Part shown: positions 38,293-51,350 of the stretch, piece after piece
Position numbering within the stretch: position 1 is the stretch's first letter
How the letters are laid out: the number at the start of each line of letters is the position of its first letter
Assembly (NCBI RefSeq): GCF_004010195.1
Contig: NC_057720.1
Span: 13,111,722 to 13,175,721, forward strand
DNA length: 64,000 nt
From: Chiloscyllium plagiosum
Lineage: Eukaryota
Reading direction: 5' to 3'
The notes under the pieces: generated by a model
Databases searched by the model: none
Seen by the model: the letters and a program-made list of their open reading frames with translations, nothing else
Told to the model about the DNA's origin: nothing
Made by a program: the position numbers and the translations under genes

Positions 38293-39817
38293 TCTGAACT
38301 GCACTTGTAATTTTTACTTGCTTGGTGTAAAGACCTGATCTTATATATTTATTATGGATTGAAATGGGAAAATGACTGGTTTAAAGTCAAGTATTGTTGC
38401 ACTTTTTAAAAGCAAGTTCCCTTACGCTCATTAGAAGTGCTGTTTTCACAGCTGTTGTTTCAAGTAGTGGGGAAGCTCAGTTAGAAAGAAGGCCGAATAC
38501 GAGTGGCAGTTTGGCTGGTCACAAGTAGTTGATTGATAACTGGTCACATTTCACAGTTGAAAGACAAAGTCCTCCTGCCTACTAACAATTATGTGATTTG
38601 GCTTCCAGGTAGCTGAATTACTTGGGGGTGTGAATATTCCGGTCAAAAGCCAATGGACCTCTGGAAGGGAATAATTCATAGAGACTCTGACAGCATAGAA
38701 ACAAGCTCTTTGACCAACCATTTCTGTGCTGACCAACAAACGCCAAACTGCACTAATCCTATTTACTTGCACTTCAAACATAGGTGACTATGGCCCAGCA
38801 TTTTAAGTACTCATCCAAATACTACTTCAATGTTGTAAGAGTTGCTATGTCCACCTCCCCCTCAGGCAGCTGTTGGAGTTTTAACTAGTGGGGTTATAAG
38901 TCAACAGTTTGTAATTGTCTACCTGTAATCAGAGTCTGTTAATTGTGATAAATAATTCTTGTTTATGACAGAAAATGGACTTGTGCTTTTTGTCAACCTG
39001 GGTTGAAAAGACAAGTAAATTTTAAAATCTTTAATTTTAGTGACACTTCGAGGAATATAGGGGCTTGATTTCCAGTGCACTACCCTAGTGAGATATATCA
39101 CTGGTCCAATTCAGTTTCTGGGCAATGGTAAACACCTGGAAATTGATAGTGTGTGTTCAGTGAATGTAATGCTATTTAATTTGAAGGGATATGAGTCATT
39201 TCTCATGTTGGAGATGGTCACCTCCTGACACTTGTGTGGTATGAATGTTGCTTGTCATTTAATCGCATCCAAGCCAGAATAGTGACAAGGTCCTGTTGCG
39301 TATGGAAATGGATTCCTTCAGTATTTGAAGAGTCTGTTGACATGTCCATCTTCATTTGAGCTTGGTATGATGCCAACCAGGTTTTACCCCGTTTCTTTTT
39401 GACTCCAATTTTGCTTGGGCCTCTTGATTCACTTCTTGGTCAAATACTGACTTAATGACAATGGCAGTCACTCTTGCCTCACCTGTGAAGTTTGGCTCTT
39501 TAGTTCATGTTTGAAATAATGCTGTACTGAGGTCAGGAGGAGTCACATCATACTCCAAGCCTGAATTCGATTTTTCCCTCACGAACGCTGTTTTGTTTCA
39601 GGAGCCGAGTGATTTGCTGAAAGATGACATTTCTTTGTATGTGAATATGGTTTGGGATGGTGTAAGGAGCATAAGCTTCAAATTGTGTTGAAATTATATT
39701 AAAATTAATATGCATGAATTTTCTTGGAAACTGATTTGAGTGATCTTGCAAATGTGATAATTTTGCATTTTTTTTTGTATCAAAAGTCAGAGTAATTTGT
39801 GAAGTTTAAGTGCAGGA

Positions 39818-40123
39818 AATAGAATAGAATCCCTACAGCGTAAAAACAGGCCCTTCAGCCCAGCAAGTCCACACCGACTCTCCGAAGAGCAACCCACCCA
39901 GACCCGTTCCCGTACATTTACTAGTGCACTTAACCATCACATTCCTGAACACTATGGGCAATTTTCCATCGCCAATTCCATGCACATCTTTGGATTGTGG
40001 GAGGAAACCGGAGACACAGGGAGAATGTGCAAACTCCACACAGACAGTTGCCCGAGGCTGGAATTGAACCCGAGTCCCTGGTGTTGAGAGACAGCAGTGC
40101 TAACCACGGCGCCACCATGCCGC
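39818..40123 (-). mobile_element. HE1/V-SINE
   Basis: Head, V-domain and tail; AAATAGAA near both ends. Confidence 0.9.
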
Positions 40124-40304
40124 TCCAAATAGAAGATCACATGCTCTTGATAAATCATTCTGAAATAGTGGCCTGTTACTGAACAACACAAAGATTCATT
40201 TTTCATATGCAGTCATAGTTGTCATTCTTATGCTCATCGTTTTGTTTGATCTGCAACTGTCCACACACTACTTTCCAACATAATCCTGATTAATGGAATT
40301 TTTA

Positions 40305-40885
40305 GGAACTGGTAAGTATGCCTTCCTTTATTGGTCAGAGCATTGAGTATAGGAGTTGGGGGGGTCATGTTGTGACTGTACAGTTGGTTAGGCCACTTCT
40401 GGAATATTGTGTGCAATTCTGGTCTCCCTCGTATGGGAAGGATGTTGTGAAACTTGAAAGGATTTAGAAAAGATTTACAGGGTTGGAGGGCTGGGAGGCT
40501 GAATAGGCTGGAGCTGTTTTCTCTGGAGCGTCGGAGGCTGAGGGGTGACCTTTATAGAGGATTATAAAATCCTGAAGGGCATGGTTTGAGTAAATAGACT
40601 GGGTTGGGGGAGTCCAGAACTAGAGGGCATAGGTTTAGGGTGAGAGCGGAAAGATATGAGACCTAACGGACAACATTTTCATGCAAAAGATGTGTGTGGA
40701 ATGAGCTGCCAGAGGAAGTGGTGGAGGCTGGTACAATTACAACATTTTAAAAGCCATCTGGATGGGTTCAGAGGGATACAGGTCAAGTGCTGGTAAATGG
40801 GGCTAGATTAATTTAGGATATTTGGTTAGCATGGACAAGTTGGACCGGAGGGTCTGTTTCCATGCTGTAGATCTCTATGACTATA
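40305..40885 (+). mobile_element. CR1 3' end
   Basis: GAATATTGTGTGCAATTCTGGTCTCC...GGAGGCTGAGGGGTGACC...CTCTATGACT. Confidence 0.88.
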
Positions 40886-41849
40886 AGTATAATTCCAGGC
40901 TGATTGTTTGTAAATGTGAATTTCTTTCAACGCATTGACTATGGTGCATGAGTTTTACAGACTACGATGAAGTGAAATTGAATATTTTTATTTGAGAAAA
41001 TTATTAATGAAAGCCTTGTTTCACCCTTTGATAATGTGCTTGTGAGATCATGCTTAATTTTAAACCCCTCTAATTTTGAGACAGCAGGATTTAATGTATT
41101 AATTTTTATGCCAAAGATTATGCTACAAAGTAGTTCATATGTTTTTCTGTATGTAACTGGGAAAATCAGGTCAAACTGTTGCCCCTATTTCAAAGAAAAA
41201 TATTCAAGTCCAGTAGAGGATAAGACAGACATTCCCAGAGAAAGAGGATAGAAATGTCACCAATTATTATTAGTCTGAAGAGACCGTGTTAAGGGAGAAG
41301 ACAAGCTTGCAACTGACCAAATCACTGCCTTGGGTGATGTTTTAATTCACTCATCCTGACTAACTGTTGAAAGGATTTCCATCTGAGGCAAAGATGCTGT
41401 CATGATCTCCAGCATCATAATACTGGACAAGTCAGGTCCCAGAATGAAGCCTTACTTGATCGACCTTATGTTTTATCCTTCTTTCTTGAATGGAAGTCAG
41501 AAACTAAATATATTCACATCAAGCTGCCAATATACTTTTAATAAGCTAGCATTAAAGTTTGTTATGTGAAAGAAGAATGCTGACTGTATTACAGTGGACA
41601 AGAACTGTTGAAACAATCCCATTAAGAAGATTAGAAAGAACGATTCACTGTTATTCCCAGCAGTACTGTAAGGATCATATCTTTTTTTTATTTAAAAAAG
41701 TTGGACTGCGATCAGACAATTGTTTTCTTCAAAGAAAAAACAAGATTTACCAGGCTGGCTGGATAATTTCACAGCAAGTAATTTGCTACCTGCCAGAACC
41801 TGTCAAACGTACAGGCACAAAAATAATGTGCAGATAATCAAAAACCAAA

Positions 41850-44800
41850 AGTAGTGTTTACAAGGAAAGCTGATTGAGCAGTTTGGAACTGGAAACAAGT
41901 TACAGTGAAACCCAGGAACACAAAATACATAGGAGCAAAAATGGCCTTTAGTAGAGTGATATGCGCTTCTTGTCAGACGTGGGTGTTTAAAGAGAGTTTA
42001 AGGGTTACTGCGGATTATGTCTGCAATAAATGCTGTTGGTTGCGAATCTTATCAGATCAAATGGATCGGTTGGAGAGACGGTTAGAAGCGATGAGGAATT
42101 TGCAACAACAGTATGTGATGGATGGCAGTTATAGGAAGGGGGGAAAGTCTCAGGTACAGTCACATAGATGGGTTAATTCCAGGAAAGGTGAAAGGTAGGC
42201 AGCTAGTGCAGGAGTGTTATGTGGCTATACCCATTTGAAACAAGTATGCTGTTTTGGAAAATGTAGGGGGTGATGGATTCTCAGGGGAACGTGGCACGAG
42301 CAGCCAAGTTTCTGGTATTGAGACTGGCTCTGATGCAATGAGAGTTACGTTGGGTTCCAAGAAATCAATTGTATTAGAGACTCTCTAGTCTGAAGTATAG
42401 ACAGACGTTTCTGTGGCTAGCAGTGAAAAATCAGAATGGTGTGTTGCTTCCCTGGTGCCAGGATCAAGGATGTCTCAGAGAAGCTGCAGAATATTCTCAT
42501 GGGGGAGAGGGGCCAGCAAGAGGACATTGTCCACATTGGAACCAACGACAGAGGAAGGGAAAAGGTTGAGATTCTGAAGGGAGATTACAGAGAGTTAGGC
42601 AGGAATTTAAAAAGGAGGTCCTCAAGAATAGTAATATCTGGATTACCCCCGGTGCTACAAGCTAGTGAGGGCTGGAATAGGAGGATAGAGCAGATGAATG
42701 CATGGCTGAGGAGCTGGTGCATGGAAGAAGGATTCACATTTTTGGATCATTGGAATCTCTTTTGGGGTAGAAGTGACCTGTACAAGAAGCATGGATTGCA
42801 CCTAAATTGGAAGGGGACTAATATACTGGCAAGGAAATTTGCTAGAGCTGCTCGGGAGAATTTAAACTAGTAATGTGGGGGGATGGGACCTAGGGAGATA
42901 GTGAGGAAAGAGATCAATCTGAGACTGGTACAGTTGAGAACAGAAGTGAGGCAAACAGTCAGGGCAGGCAGGGACAAGCTATTAATTAAACTGCATTTAT
43001 TTCAATGCAAGGGGCCCAACAGGGAAGGCAGATGAACTCGGGGCATGGTTAGGAACATGGGATTGGGATATCATAGCAATTACAGAAACATGACTCAGGG
43101 ATGGGCAGGACTGGCAGCTTAATTCCTGTTAGGGTGAAAGGAAAGGCTGGTAGGTATAGGAATGCTGGATGACTAAAGAAATTGAGGATTTGGTTAAGAA
43201 AAAGAAGGAAGCATATATAAGATATAGACAGGATAGATCAAGAGTATAAAGGCAGTAGGACTATATTTGAGGGAAATCAAGAGGGCAAAAAGCGGTCATA
43301 AAATAGCTTTGGCAAGTAGAGTTAAGGAGAATCCAAAGAGTTTTACAAATATATTAAGGACAAAATGATAACTAGGGAGAGAATAGGGCCCCTCAAAGAT
43401 TGGCAAGGCAGCCTTTGTGTGGAGCCGCAGAAAATGGGGGAGATACTAAACAAGTATTTTGCATCAGTATTTACTGTGGAAAAGATTATGGAAGATATAG
43501 AAAGTAGCAAAATAAATCGTGACACCTTGCGAAATGTCCAAATTACAGAGGAGGAAGTGCTGGATGTCTTGAAACATAAAGGTGGATAAATCCCCAGGAC
43601 TTGATCAGGTATACCTTCGAGGACTTCTGTAGGAAGGTAGAGAAGTGATTGCTGGGCCACTTGCTGAAATATTTGTATAATCAGTAGTCACTGGTGAAGT
43701 GCCAGAAGACTGGAGGTTGGCTAACGTGGTGCCACTGTTTACGAAGGGTGGTAACGACAAGCCAGGGAACTATTGACCAGTCAGCCTGACATCGGTGGTG
43801 GGCAAGTTGTTGGAGGGAATACTGAGGCACTGGATGCACACGTATTTGGAAAGGCAAGGACTAATTAGGGATAGTCAACATGGCTTTGTGCTTGGGAAAT
43901 CATGTCTCACAAACTTGATTGAGTCTTTTGAAGAAGTAACAAAGAGGATTGATGAGGGCAGAGCCAGTAGATGTGATCTATATGGACTTCAGTAAGGCAT
44001 TTAACAGGGTTCCCCATGGGAGACTCATTAGCAAGGTTAGATCTCATGGAATAAAGGGAGAACTAGCCATTTGGAGACAGAACTGGCTCAAAAGTAGAAG
44101 ACAGAGGGTGGTGGAGGAGGGTTGTTTTTAAGACTGGAGGCCTGTGACCAGTGGAGTGCCACAAGGATCGGTGCTTGGTCTTCTACTTTTTGTCATTTAC
44201 ATAAATGATTTGGATGCGAGCATAAGAGGTAGAGTTAGTAAGTTTGCAGATGACATCAAAATTGGAGGTGTAGTGGACAACTAAGAAGGTTACCTCAGAT
44301 TACAACAGGACCTTGATCAGATGGGCCAATGGGCTGAGAAGTGGCAGATGGAGTTTAATTCAGATAAGTGCGAGGTGCTGCATTTTGGGAAAGCAAATCT
44401 TAGCAGGACTTATACACCTTAATGGTAAGGTCCTAGGGAGAGTTGCTGAACAAAGAGATCTTTTGAGTGCAGGTTCATAGCTTCTTGAAAGTGGAGTCGC
44501 AGGTAGATAGGATAGTGAAAAAGGCTATTTTAGATTGCACAGTGTGGAAACAGGCCCTTCAGCCCAACAAGTCCACACCGACCCTCCGAAGCGCAACCCA
44601 CCCAGACCCATTCCCCTACATGTACCCCTTCACCTAACACTACGGGCAATTTAGCATGGCCAATTCACCTAACCTGCACATTTTTGGATTGTGGGAGAAA
44701 ACCGGAGCACCAGGAGGAAACCCACGCAGACACTGGGGAGAATGTGCAAACACCACATGGAGTTGCCTGACGCAGGAACTGAACCCAGGTCTCTGGCACT

Positions 44801-45163
44801 GTGAGGCAGCTGTGCTAATCACTGTGCCACCGTGCTGCCCAAAAGGCGTTTGGTAGGCTTTCTTTTATTGGTCAGAGTATTGAGTGCAGTGGTTGGGATG
44901 GGATGTCCTATTGCGGCTGTACAGGAGATTGGTTAGGCTGCTGTTGGAATATTGCGTGCAATTCTGGTCTACTTCTTATCGGCTGGTACAATTGCAACAT
45001 TTAAGAGGTATTTGGATGGGTATATGAATAGGAAGGGTTTGGAGGGATATGGGCTGGGTGCTGGCAGGTGGGACGAGATTGGGTTGGGATATCTGGTTGG
45101 CATGGACAGGTTGGACTGAAGGGTCTGTTTCCATGCTGTACATCTCTATTATGCTATGACTCT
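41850..45163 (+). mobile_element. Near end-to-end CR1 LINE (ORF1 zinc-finger/zipper and SGNH esterase; ORF2 with internal deletions)
   Basis: ORF1 CASC...CNKC plus LERRLE (41941-42198); CCFPGARIKD...HIGTND...GLHLNWKG (42436-42870); APE start, RT pieces and 3' UTR; many stops. Confidence 0.92.
44526..44840 (-). mobile_element. HE1/V-SINE nested in CR1
   Basis: TSD AAAAGGC at 44519-44525 and 44841-44847. Confidence 0.93.
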
Positions 45164-45579
45164 AGTGTGGATAATTGATCTCCCCAGTAGAAGTTGTCTG
45201 TTCTCTACAATAATGCACTCAGTTTAAACTTGAAGAAAACCAGTTACTTTTCCTGTTGCAGTTGCTCTGAGCTATGACCTTTGAAGCCATAAATCAGAGA
45301 CATTTTCCAGATGCATCGGTCACTTTGTATGACTTAAACAACAAAAGCTTCCACAGAAACTCAACTGAGCATCACCTCAATTCTGGGAATCCAAGACTGC
45401 TAACTTTCCATTTCTGTTTGCTCCCCTCATCAATAATGTTTTTCTAGAAAGTGGGTGGGGTGGGGATTGGAGGGTTGGAGGTTTATAAGGGGATTGGAGT
45501 TTTAAATAGTCATGTTATATGCCAATTGTTTGTATCTGTTTACCTGTGGCTATAGTCTAATTACTTGTGATAAATAGCC

Positions 45580-45722
45580 AAAAATCACAGCACCAGGTTA
45601 TAGTCCAACAGGTTGATTTGCAATCACTAGCTTTCGGAGAGCTGCTCCTTCAGATGGTTGTGGAGAATAAGATCGTAAAACGTTTTTTACACCCCAGTCC
45701 AACACTGGCATCTCCAAATCAA
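45580..45722 (-). mobile_element. Penelope terminus of a further family with degenerate hammerhead (AGCT stem III)
   Basis: Reverse complement CAT-CTGA-AGGAGCAGCTCTCC-GAAAGCTA-GTG...AACCTGTTGGACTATAACCTGGTG. Confidence 0.65.
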
Positions 45723-45822
45723 TGTAATAAATTATAATTCTTGTTACATGTAGAAACCTGGTTTGTCCTTTCCACCAAACTTTATTTGAAAGGCAGGTAA
45801 ATTAGGGAACAGTGTGCACTTT

Positions 45823-46458
45823 TGTTATGAAGTTGAAGGTGTGTTCTGTACCGTTGAGAGAGTGAAAGATATTTTGCACTGAGGAGTTGCAGGCACTTTT
45901 TATGTGACTGACTAACTGTCTGAGTGTGGATTGGAAACTTACAAATATGTAACATTTGCCTGTTGTCATAACAGTTTGAATTTAACCAATCAGTTCAGAT
46001 TCTGTCACACGATACTAAAACCTATTTGAATTTGAATTTTACTGTTTTGACAATATGGAACCAATGAGATTATCTGAATTTTGGGGTATAAATAAGCTGG
46101 CATTTTGAGAGTTAGCCAGAGAGAGCGCAACTTGCCATCTAGAGAGAGACTGCTATTCAAAGCACACTCTTTCAAAAATATCTTTTCATTTGAAACATCT
46201 TTGCAGCAAAAGAATGAAGACGACTCGGAGATCTTCAGCTGAAAGAAGACAAATTAGATTGATGTAATTTTAATAGGGGCTTTTATCTGGTCAGTATATT
46301 GTTATAGGTTTGGAGGTAGATAACAGACTTTTAAGAGAAAGTAGCTTAGAGTTGTAAATAGTTATTATTCAATGTTCACTTTTAGAGTTAAAGAATAAAA
46401 GTGATATTTTTATTTAAATAGTGGAATTAGCAGAATGGTTCGCCACCATATTGTAAGA
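45823..46458 (+). mobile_element. Solo LTR (gypsy/ERV-like), possibly nested in an older LTR that ends TGTAACA at 46526
   Basis: TGTTATG start, GTAAGA end (degenerate TAACA), CTTT on both sides, CCAAT at 45986 and 46061, TATAAATA at 46087, AATAAA at 46394. Confidence 0.68.
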
Positions 46459-46795
46459 CTTTTTAAAAAAAACTTGAATATTGTTATGACTCCAGAAATA
46501 GTCTTCTATCCCATTAGGGTGTAACAATAACCTACATACACTACATAACCACACACTGGAGCTCATTGCAAATGGGCCATCAATTTTTTTTTCTGAACCT
46601 ACTCATTGGTGAGATCATTCAATAGCATGAATTTTTATATGTGCTGATATGAATTTAAATTCAGTGGTGGTCTTGCAAAGTCTTCAGTGAAACAACTGGA
46701 ATATCGCACAGCTAAATTGTCAGGGAAAACTTAAATAGGGAGAAACATAGCAAGAAGATTTAAGAGGCTTGGCTATCCATCTCTCCTTCAGCAAA

Positions 46796-49680
46796 ATAGA
46801 ACATAGAACAGTACAGCACAGTACAGGCCCTTTGGCCCTCGATGTTGTGCCGACCTTTTATCCTACTCTTAAGATCTAACTCACCGACATACTCTGCATT
46901 GTACTGTCTTCCATATGCCTATCCAAGTGTTGCTTAAATGTTCCTAATGTATTTGACTCTACTACCACTGCCAGCAGTGTATTCCATGTACACATCATTC
47001 TCTGTATAAAGAACAAAGCTCTGACATCTCCCCGAATATTTTTCCAATTACCTTAATAATATGCCCCCTTGTGATGGACATTTCCGCCATGGGAAAAGGT
47101 CTCTGGCTATCAACTCTATCTATGCCTCTCAACATCTTGTACACCTCTATCAATAGACAATAGGTGCAGGAGTAGGCCATTCTGCCCTTCGAGCCTGCAC
47201 CACCATTCAATATGATCATGGCTGATCATCCTTAATCAGTATCCTGTTCCTGCCTTATCTCCATAATCCTTGATTCCACTATCCTTGACAGCTCTATCCA
47301 ACTCCTTCTTAAATGAATCCAGAGAGTGGGCCTCCACTGCCCTCTGGGGCAGATCATTCAACACCGCCACCACTCTCTGGGTGAAGAAGTTTCTCCTCAT
47401 CTCTGTCCTAAATCGTCCACCCCGTATTTTTAAGCTGTGTCCTCTGGTTCAGCACTCACCCATCAACGGAAACATGTTTCCTGCTTCCAGAGTGTCCAAT
47501 CCTTTAATAATCTTATATGTCTCAATCAGATACCCTCTCAATCTTCTAAACTCAAGGGTATACAAGCCCAGTTGCTCCAGTCTTTCAGCATAAAGTAGTC
47601 CCGCCATTCCAGGAATTGACCTCGTGAACCTGTGCTGCACTCCCTCAATAGCCAGAATGTCTTTCCTCAAATTTGGAGACCAGAACTGCACACAGTACTT
47701 CAGGTGTGGTCTCACCAGGGCCCTGTACAGCTGCAGAAAAACCTCTTTGCTTCTATACTCAATCCCTTTTGTTATGAAGGCCAGCATGCTATGAGCCTTC
47801 TTCACTGCCTGCTGTACCTGCATGCTTACAAGAACACCCAGATCTTTGTACTGCCCCCTTACCTAAATTGATTCCATTTAGGTGGTAATCTGCCTTCCTG
47901 TTCTTGCCACCAAAGTGGATAACCATACATTTATCCACATTTAAACTGCATCTGCCATGCAGCTGACCACTCAACTAACCTGTCCAGGTCACCCTGTAAT
48001 CTCCTAACATCCTCCTCACATTTCACCCTGCCACCCAGCTTAGTATTATCAAATTTGCTAATGTTATTACTAATACCACCTTCTATATCATTAACATATA
48101 TTGTAAAAAGCTGCAGTCCCAGCACTGATCTCTGCGGTACCCCACAGGTCACTGCCTGCCATTCCGAAATGGAGGCGTTGATCACTACTCTTTGTTTCCT
48201 ATCAGCCAAACAACTTTCAATCCACGTTAGTACTTTGCCCCCAATACCATGCTCACTAACCTCTTATGTGGGACTTTATCAAAAGCTTTCTGAAAGTCCA
48301 GGTACACTACATCTACTGGATTTCCCTTGTCCATCTTCAGAGTTACCTCCTCAAAAAATTCCAGAAGATTAGTCAAGCTATCTCTTGTCCTTCCTCGCTC
48401 CAATGAAAAAAGCCCTGTCTCCCTCAAACTTTCTTCGTAAGACATTCCCTCCAGGCAACATCCTGGTAAATCTTCCACACCTTATAATGAGACGACCAGA
48501 ACTGAACACAATGTTCCAAGTGTGGTCTGACCAGGGATTTATAGAGCTGCAGCATAATCCTGCAGTTCTTAAAACTTAATTCCCCTGCTATTGAAAGCCA
48601 CCACACCATATGCTGCCTGAACAACCGTGTCAACCTGGGTAGCAACTTTGAGGGATTTATGGACATGGACCCAAAGATCCCTCTGTTCCTCCATACTGCC
48701 AAGAATCTCGCCTTTAATCCTGTAATTCAGATTTGACCTTCCAAAGTGAATTACTTCACACTTTTCCATGTTGAACTCCATCTACCGCCTATCAGCCCAG
48801 TTCTGCATCCTGTCAATGTTCTGTTGCAACCTACAACAGCCCTCCATACTTTGCCAATGACACAAAGGTCAGTGGAGTTGTGCAAACTTACCAACCCATC
48901 TTTCTTCTTCTTCATCCAAGTCATTTATAACAATCATAAAGCGCAGATGTCCGAGAACCAATCCCTGCAGAACATCACTGGTCACTGAGCTCCAGGCTGA
49001 ATACTTTTCATCTACCACGACCCCTTTGTCTTCTATGACCCAGCCAATTCTGAATCGAGACAGCCAAATTTCTATGTATCCCATGCCTTCTTACTTTCTC
49101 AATGAGACTACCATGGGGAACTTTATCAAACGCCTTGCTAAAATCCATGCACACCACATCTACTGCTCTACCTTCATCACCATGTTATGTTACATCCTCA
49201 AAGAATTCAAGAAGGTTTGTGAGGCATGACCTGCCTCGCTCAAAGCAATGATGATGATCTTTAATCAAACCATGGTTTTCCAAATAATCATAAATCCTGT
49301 CTCTCAGAATCCTGTCCAACACTTTGTCCACCACTGATGTAAGTCTGACTGGTCTGTAATTCCCAGGATTATCCCTATTTCTTTCCTTGAATAAGGGAAT
49401 AACATTTTCCACCCTCCAATAATCTGACACTACTCCAGTGGACAGTGAGGATGCAAAAGTCATCACCAAAGGCACAGCAATCTCTTCCTTCGCTTTCTGT
49501 AGGACCCCAGGGTATATCCCGTCTGGCCCACAGGATTTATCTATCGTTAGGCTTTTCAAAATTTTCAGCGCATCCTCCTTCGTAACATCAACCTGTTGGA
49601 GCATTGCAATGTGTTTCACTCTGTCCTCAGAAACGTTGATGCCCCTCTCAGTAGTGAATATTGAAGCAAATTCCTCCTTA
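46796..49680 (-). mobile_element. CR1 (46796-47153 and 48378-49680) interrupted by a CR1 of another family (about 47153-48378)
   Basis: Two different 3' UTRs and two sets of RT motifs (PGNYRPVRLTSVV; VPQRSVLGLQLFTIYVND; LYRALVRPHLKYCVQFWSP). Confidence 0.88.
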
Positions 49681-49929
49681 TTGCAGATGTGTTCTGTTTT
49701 GATGGCCAGGAATGCCAGTTTAAAATCCACTAATGAGACTGAATGAATGATCTTGTGTGTATTAGTCCCAGTTCTTGTTTAATACCATCAAAATTGGCCT
49801 GGCTCCAATCTAGTACTTCAGCTTGTGGACCAGGCCTATGATAGAATCACACCAACCCTCCAAAGAGCATCCAATCCAGACCCATTTCCCTACCCTATCC
49901 CTGTGATCATGTATATGCTGCTAATCTTT

Positions 49930-50255
49930 TCCCCTATTTTAAAACTAAGAGAATTATGGTCCCTGGTCCCAAAGTGCACCCATAAAACACCTCAGTCCTT
50001 GTCTTGTCTTATTAGAAGAAATTGAGTTTTGCTCCTTGTCTGGTAGGGCCATCCACATATTGGTTGAGAGGGTTTTCTCGAACAGACTTAAATTCCTCCC
50101 CATCCAAGCGCTTAACACTATGGTAGTCTGAGTTTATGTTTGAAAAGTTAAAATCCCCTAGTAGTACAACCCTATTATTTTTACAGCTGTCTGCGATCTC
50201 CCTACATATTTGATCCTCCATTTTCTGCTGACTTTTGGAGGGCCAATAGTACAAT
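49930..50255 (-). mobile_element. CR1 APE endonuclease fragment
   Basis: RVVLLGDFNFSNI...QYVDGPTRQGAKL. Confidence 0.82.
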
Positions 50256-50793
50256 CAACCTTCAGTCAAGAACTTTGATCTGACTGTTATGGTTTAAAAT
50301 ATTTTCATTTGGCTTCTTTGCCTTGTTTCGTGCTCACGCCTTGCCTTTAAATACCTTCTTAAAACCCAAATATGGTGTTCGATCATCCTGTGTCACTTTT
50401 CCAACTTCACCTATATTTAGTATTTAGCTTGCTCCTCTATCAAGTGGATATTTTATTTTTCAATATTGACATTGTTACATAAACACAAGTTTCTTGTTAA
50501 GTGTATAAGACATGGAATTCTGTCCCTTGTTACCAGTATATACCATTGAGTTAAATTGTTTGTTGTGACTTACCAGAGTTTTTGCTGTTGGAGCAATTTT
50601 TGTGTGTTTTTACATATATTAACTCAAATGCCAGATGTTATCGCTATTGAAGAAATGCTGTAGTAAAGCTTCCACAGTGGGAGCCATGTAATGGAAGTCA
50701 AGTTGCTGCATTCTTTCAGGAAGTTTAGAAACTCGTACAGAAGATGAACTGCAACAAATTTCTTAATATAAGTAGGGCTGTTGTTTTGTTGTA

Positions 50794-51350
50794 CACGTAC
50801 TTCTCCTATAACGCCATAGTTATGTTCCAGTGAAACCTCGCTTCATGGACAATCACTTAATAGAAATAATGGGACCTATGGGAAAAGTGGGGTTGGGGCA
50901 GACTAGCAAAAAAGTATCAATCACAGTCGCTGAAAAATAACCCGAAAGTCTAATGCGAAATATAGCACAACCTGAATGAAGGTTGAAATCATTTATTAAT
51001 GGAACAAGAGTAAATTTAACACAGTTCGTTTAAAAATGTAAGAAAGCTGGTCTCTGTACAGTACCTCTCTCAGTAAGCAGCTACCATTGCGCACGCGCAA
51101 ATGGGGTCAAAAACCGGTGCTGATATTGTGCATGCGCAGAATGACGCAGGCGTTGTCGCGTGCACAGAGCGGCGTGGAGAATTTGGTGTGAACATCGGCA
51201 CATGCGCAGAACAAAGTGCATGAACCAAGCCCTGTTGAAATTGCATTATTGCCCACAGAGCTAAGCGTTCTTGAATATACCATTCCCAAATTCATCAGCG
51301 ATGTTCCAGCCAAACCAATCTGACAAAATGTGTTATCCCAATACTACCAG
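50794..51350. mobile_element. Degenerate Tigger/pogo-like MITE
   Basis: TA|CACGTACTTCTCCTATAACGC ... GTGTTATCCCAATACTACCAG|TA imperfect TIRs; CpG-rich interior. Confidence 0.55.

Noticed and set aside
42436..42870. SGNH esterase ORFs (also 61170-61748) as host enzymes
   Set aside because: CR1 ORF1 domains in LINE context, with upstream stops or truncation.
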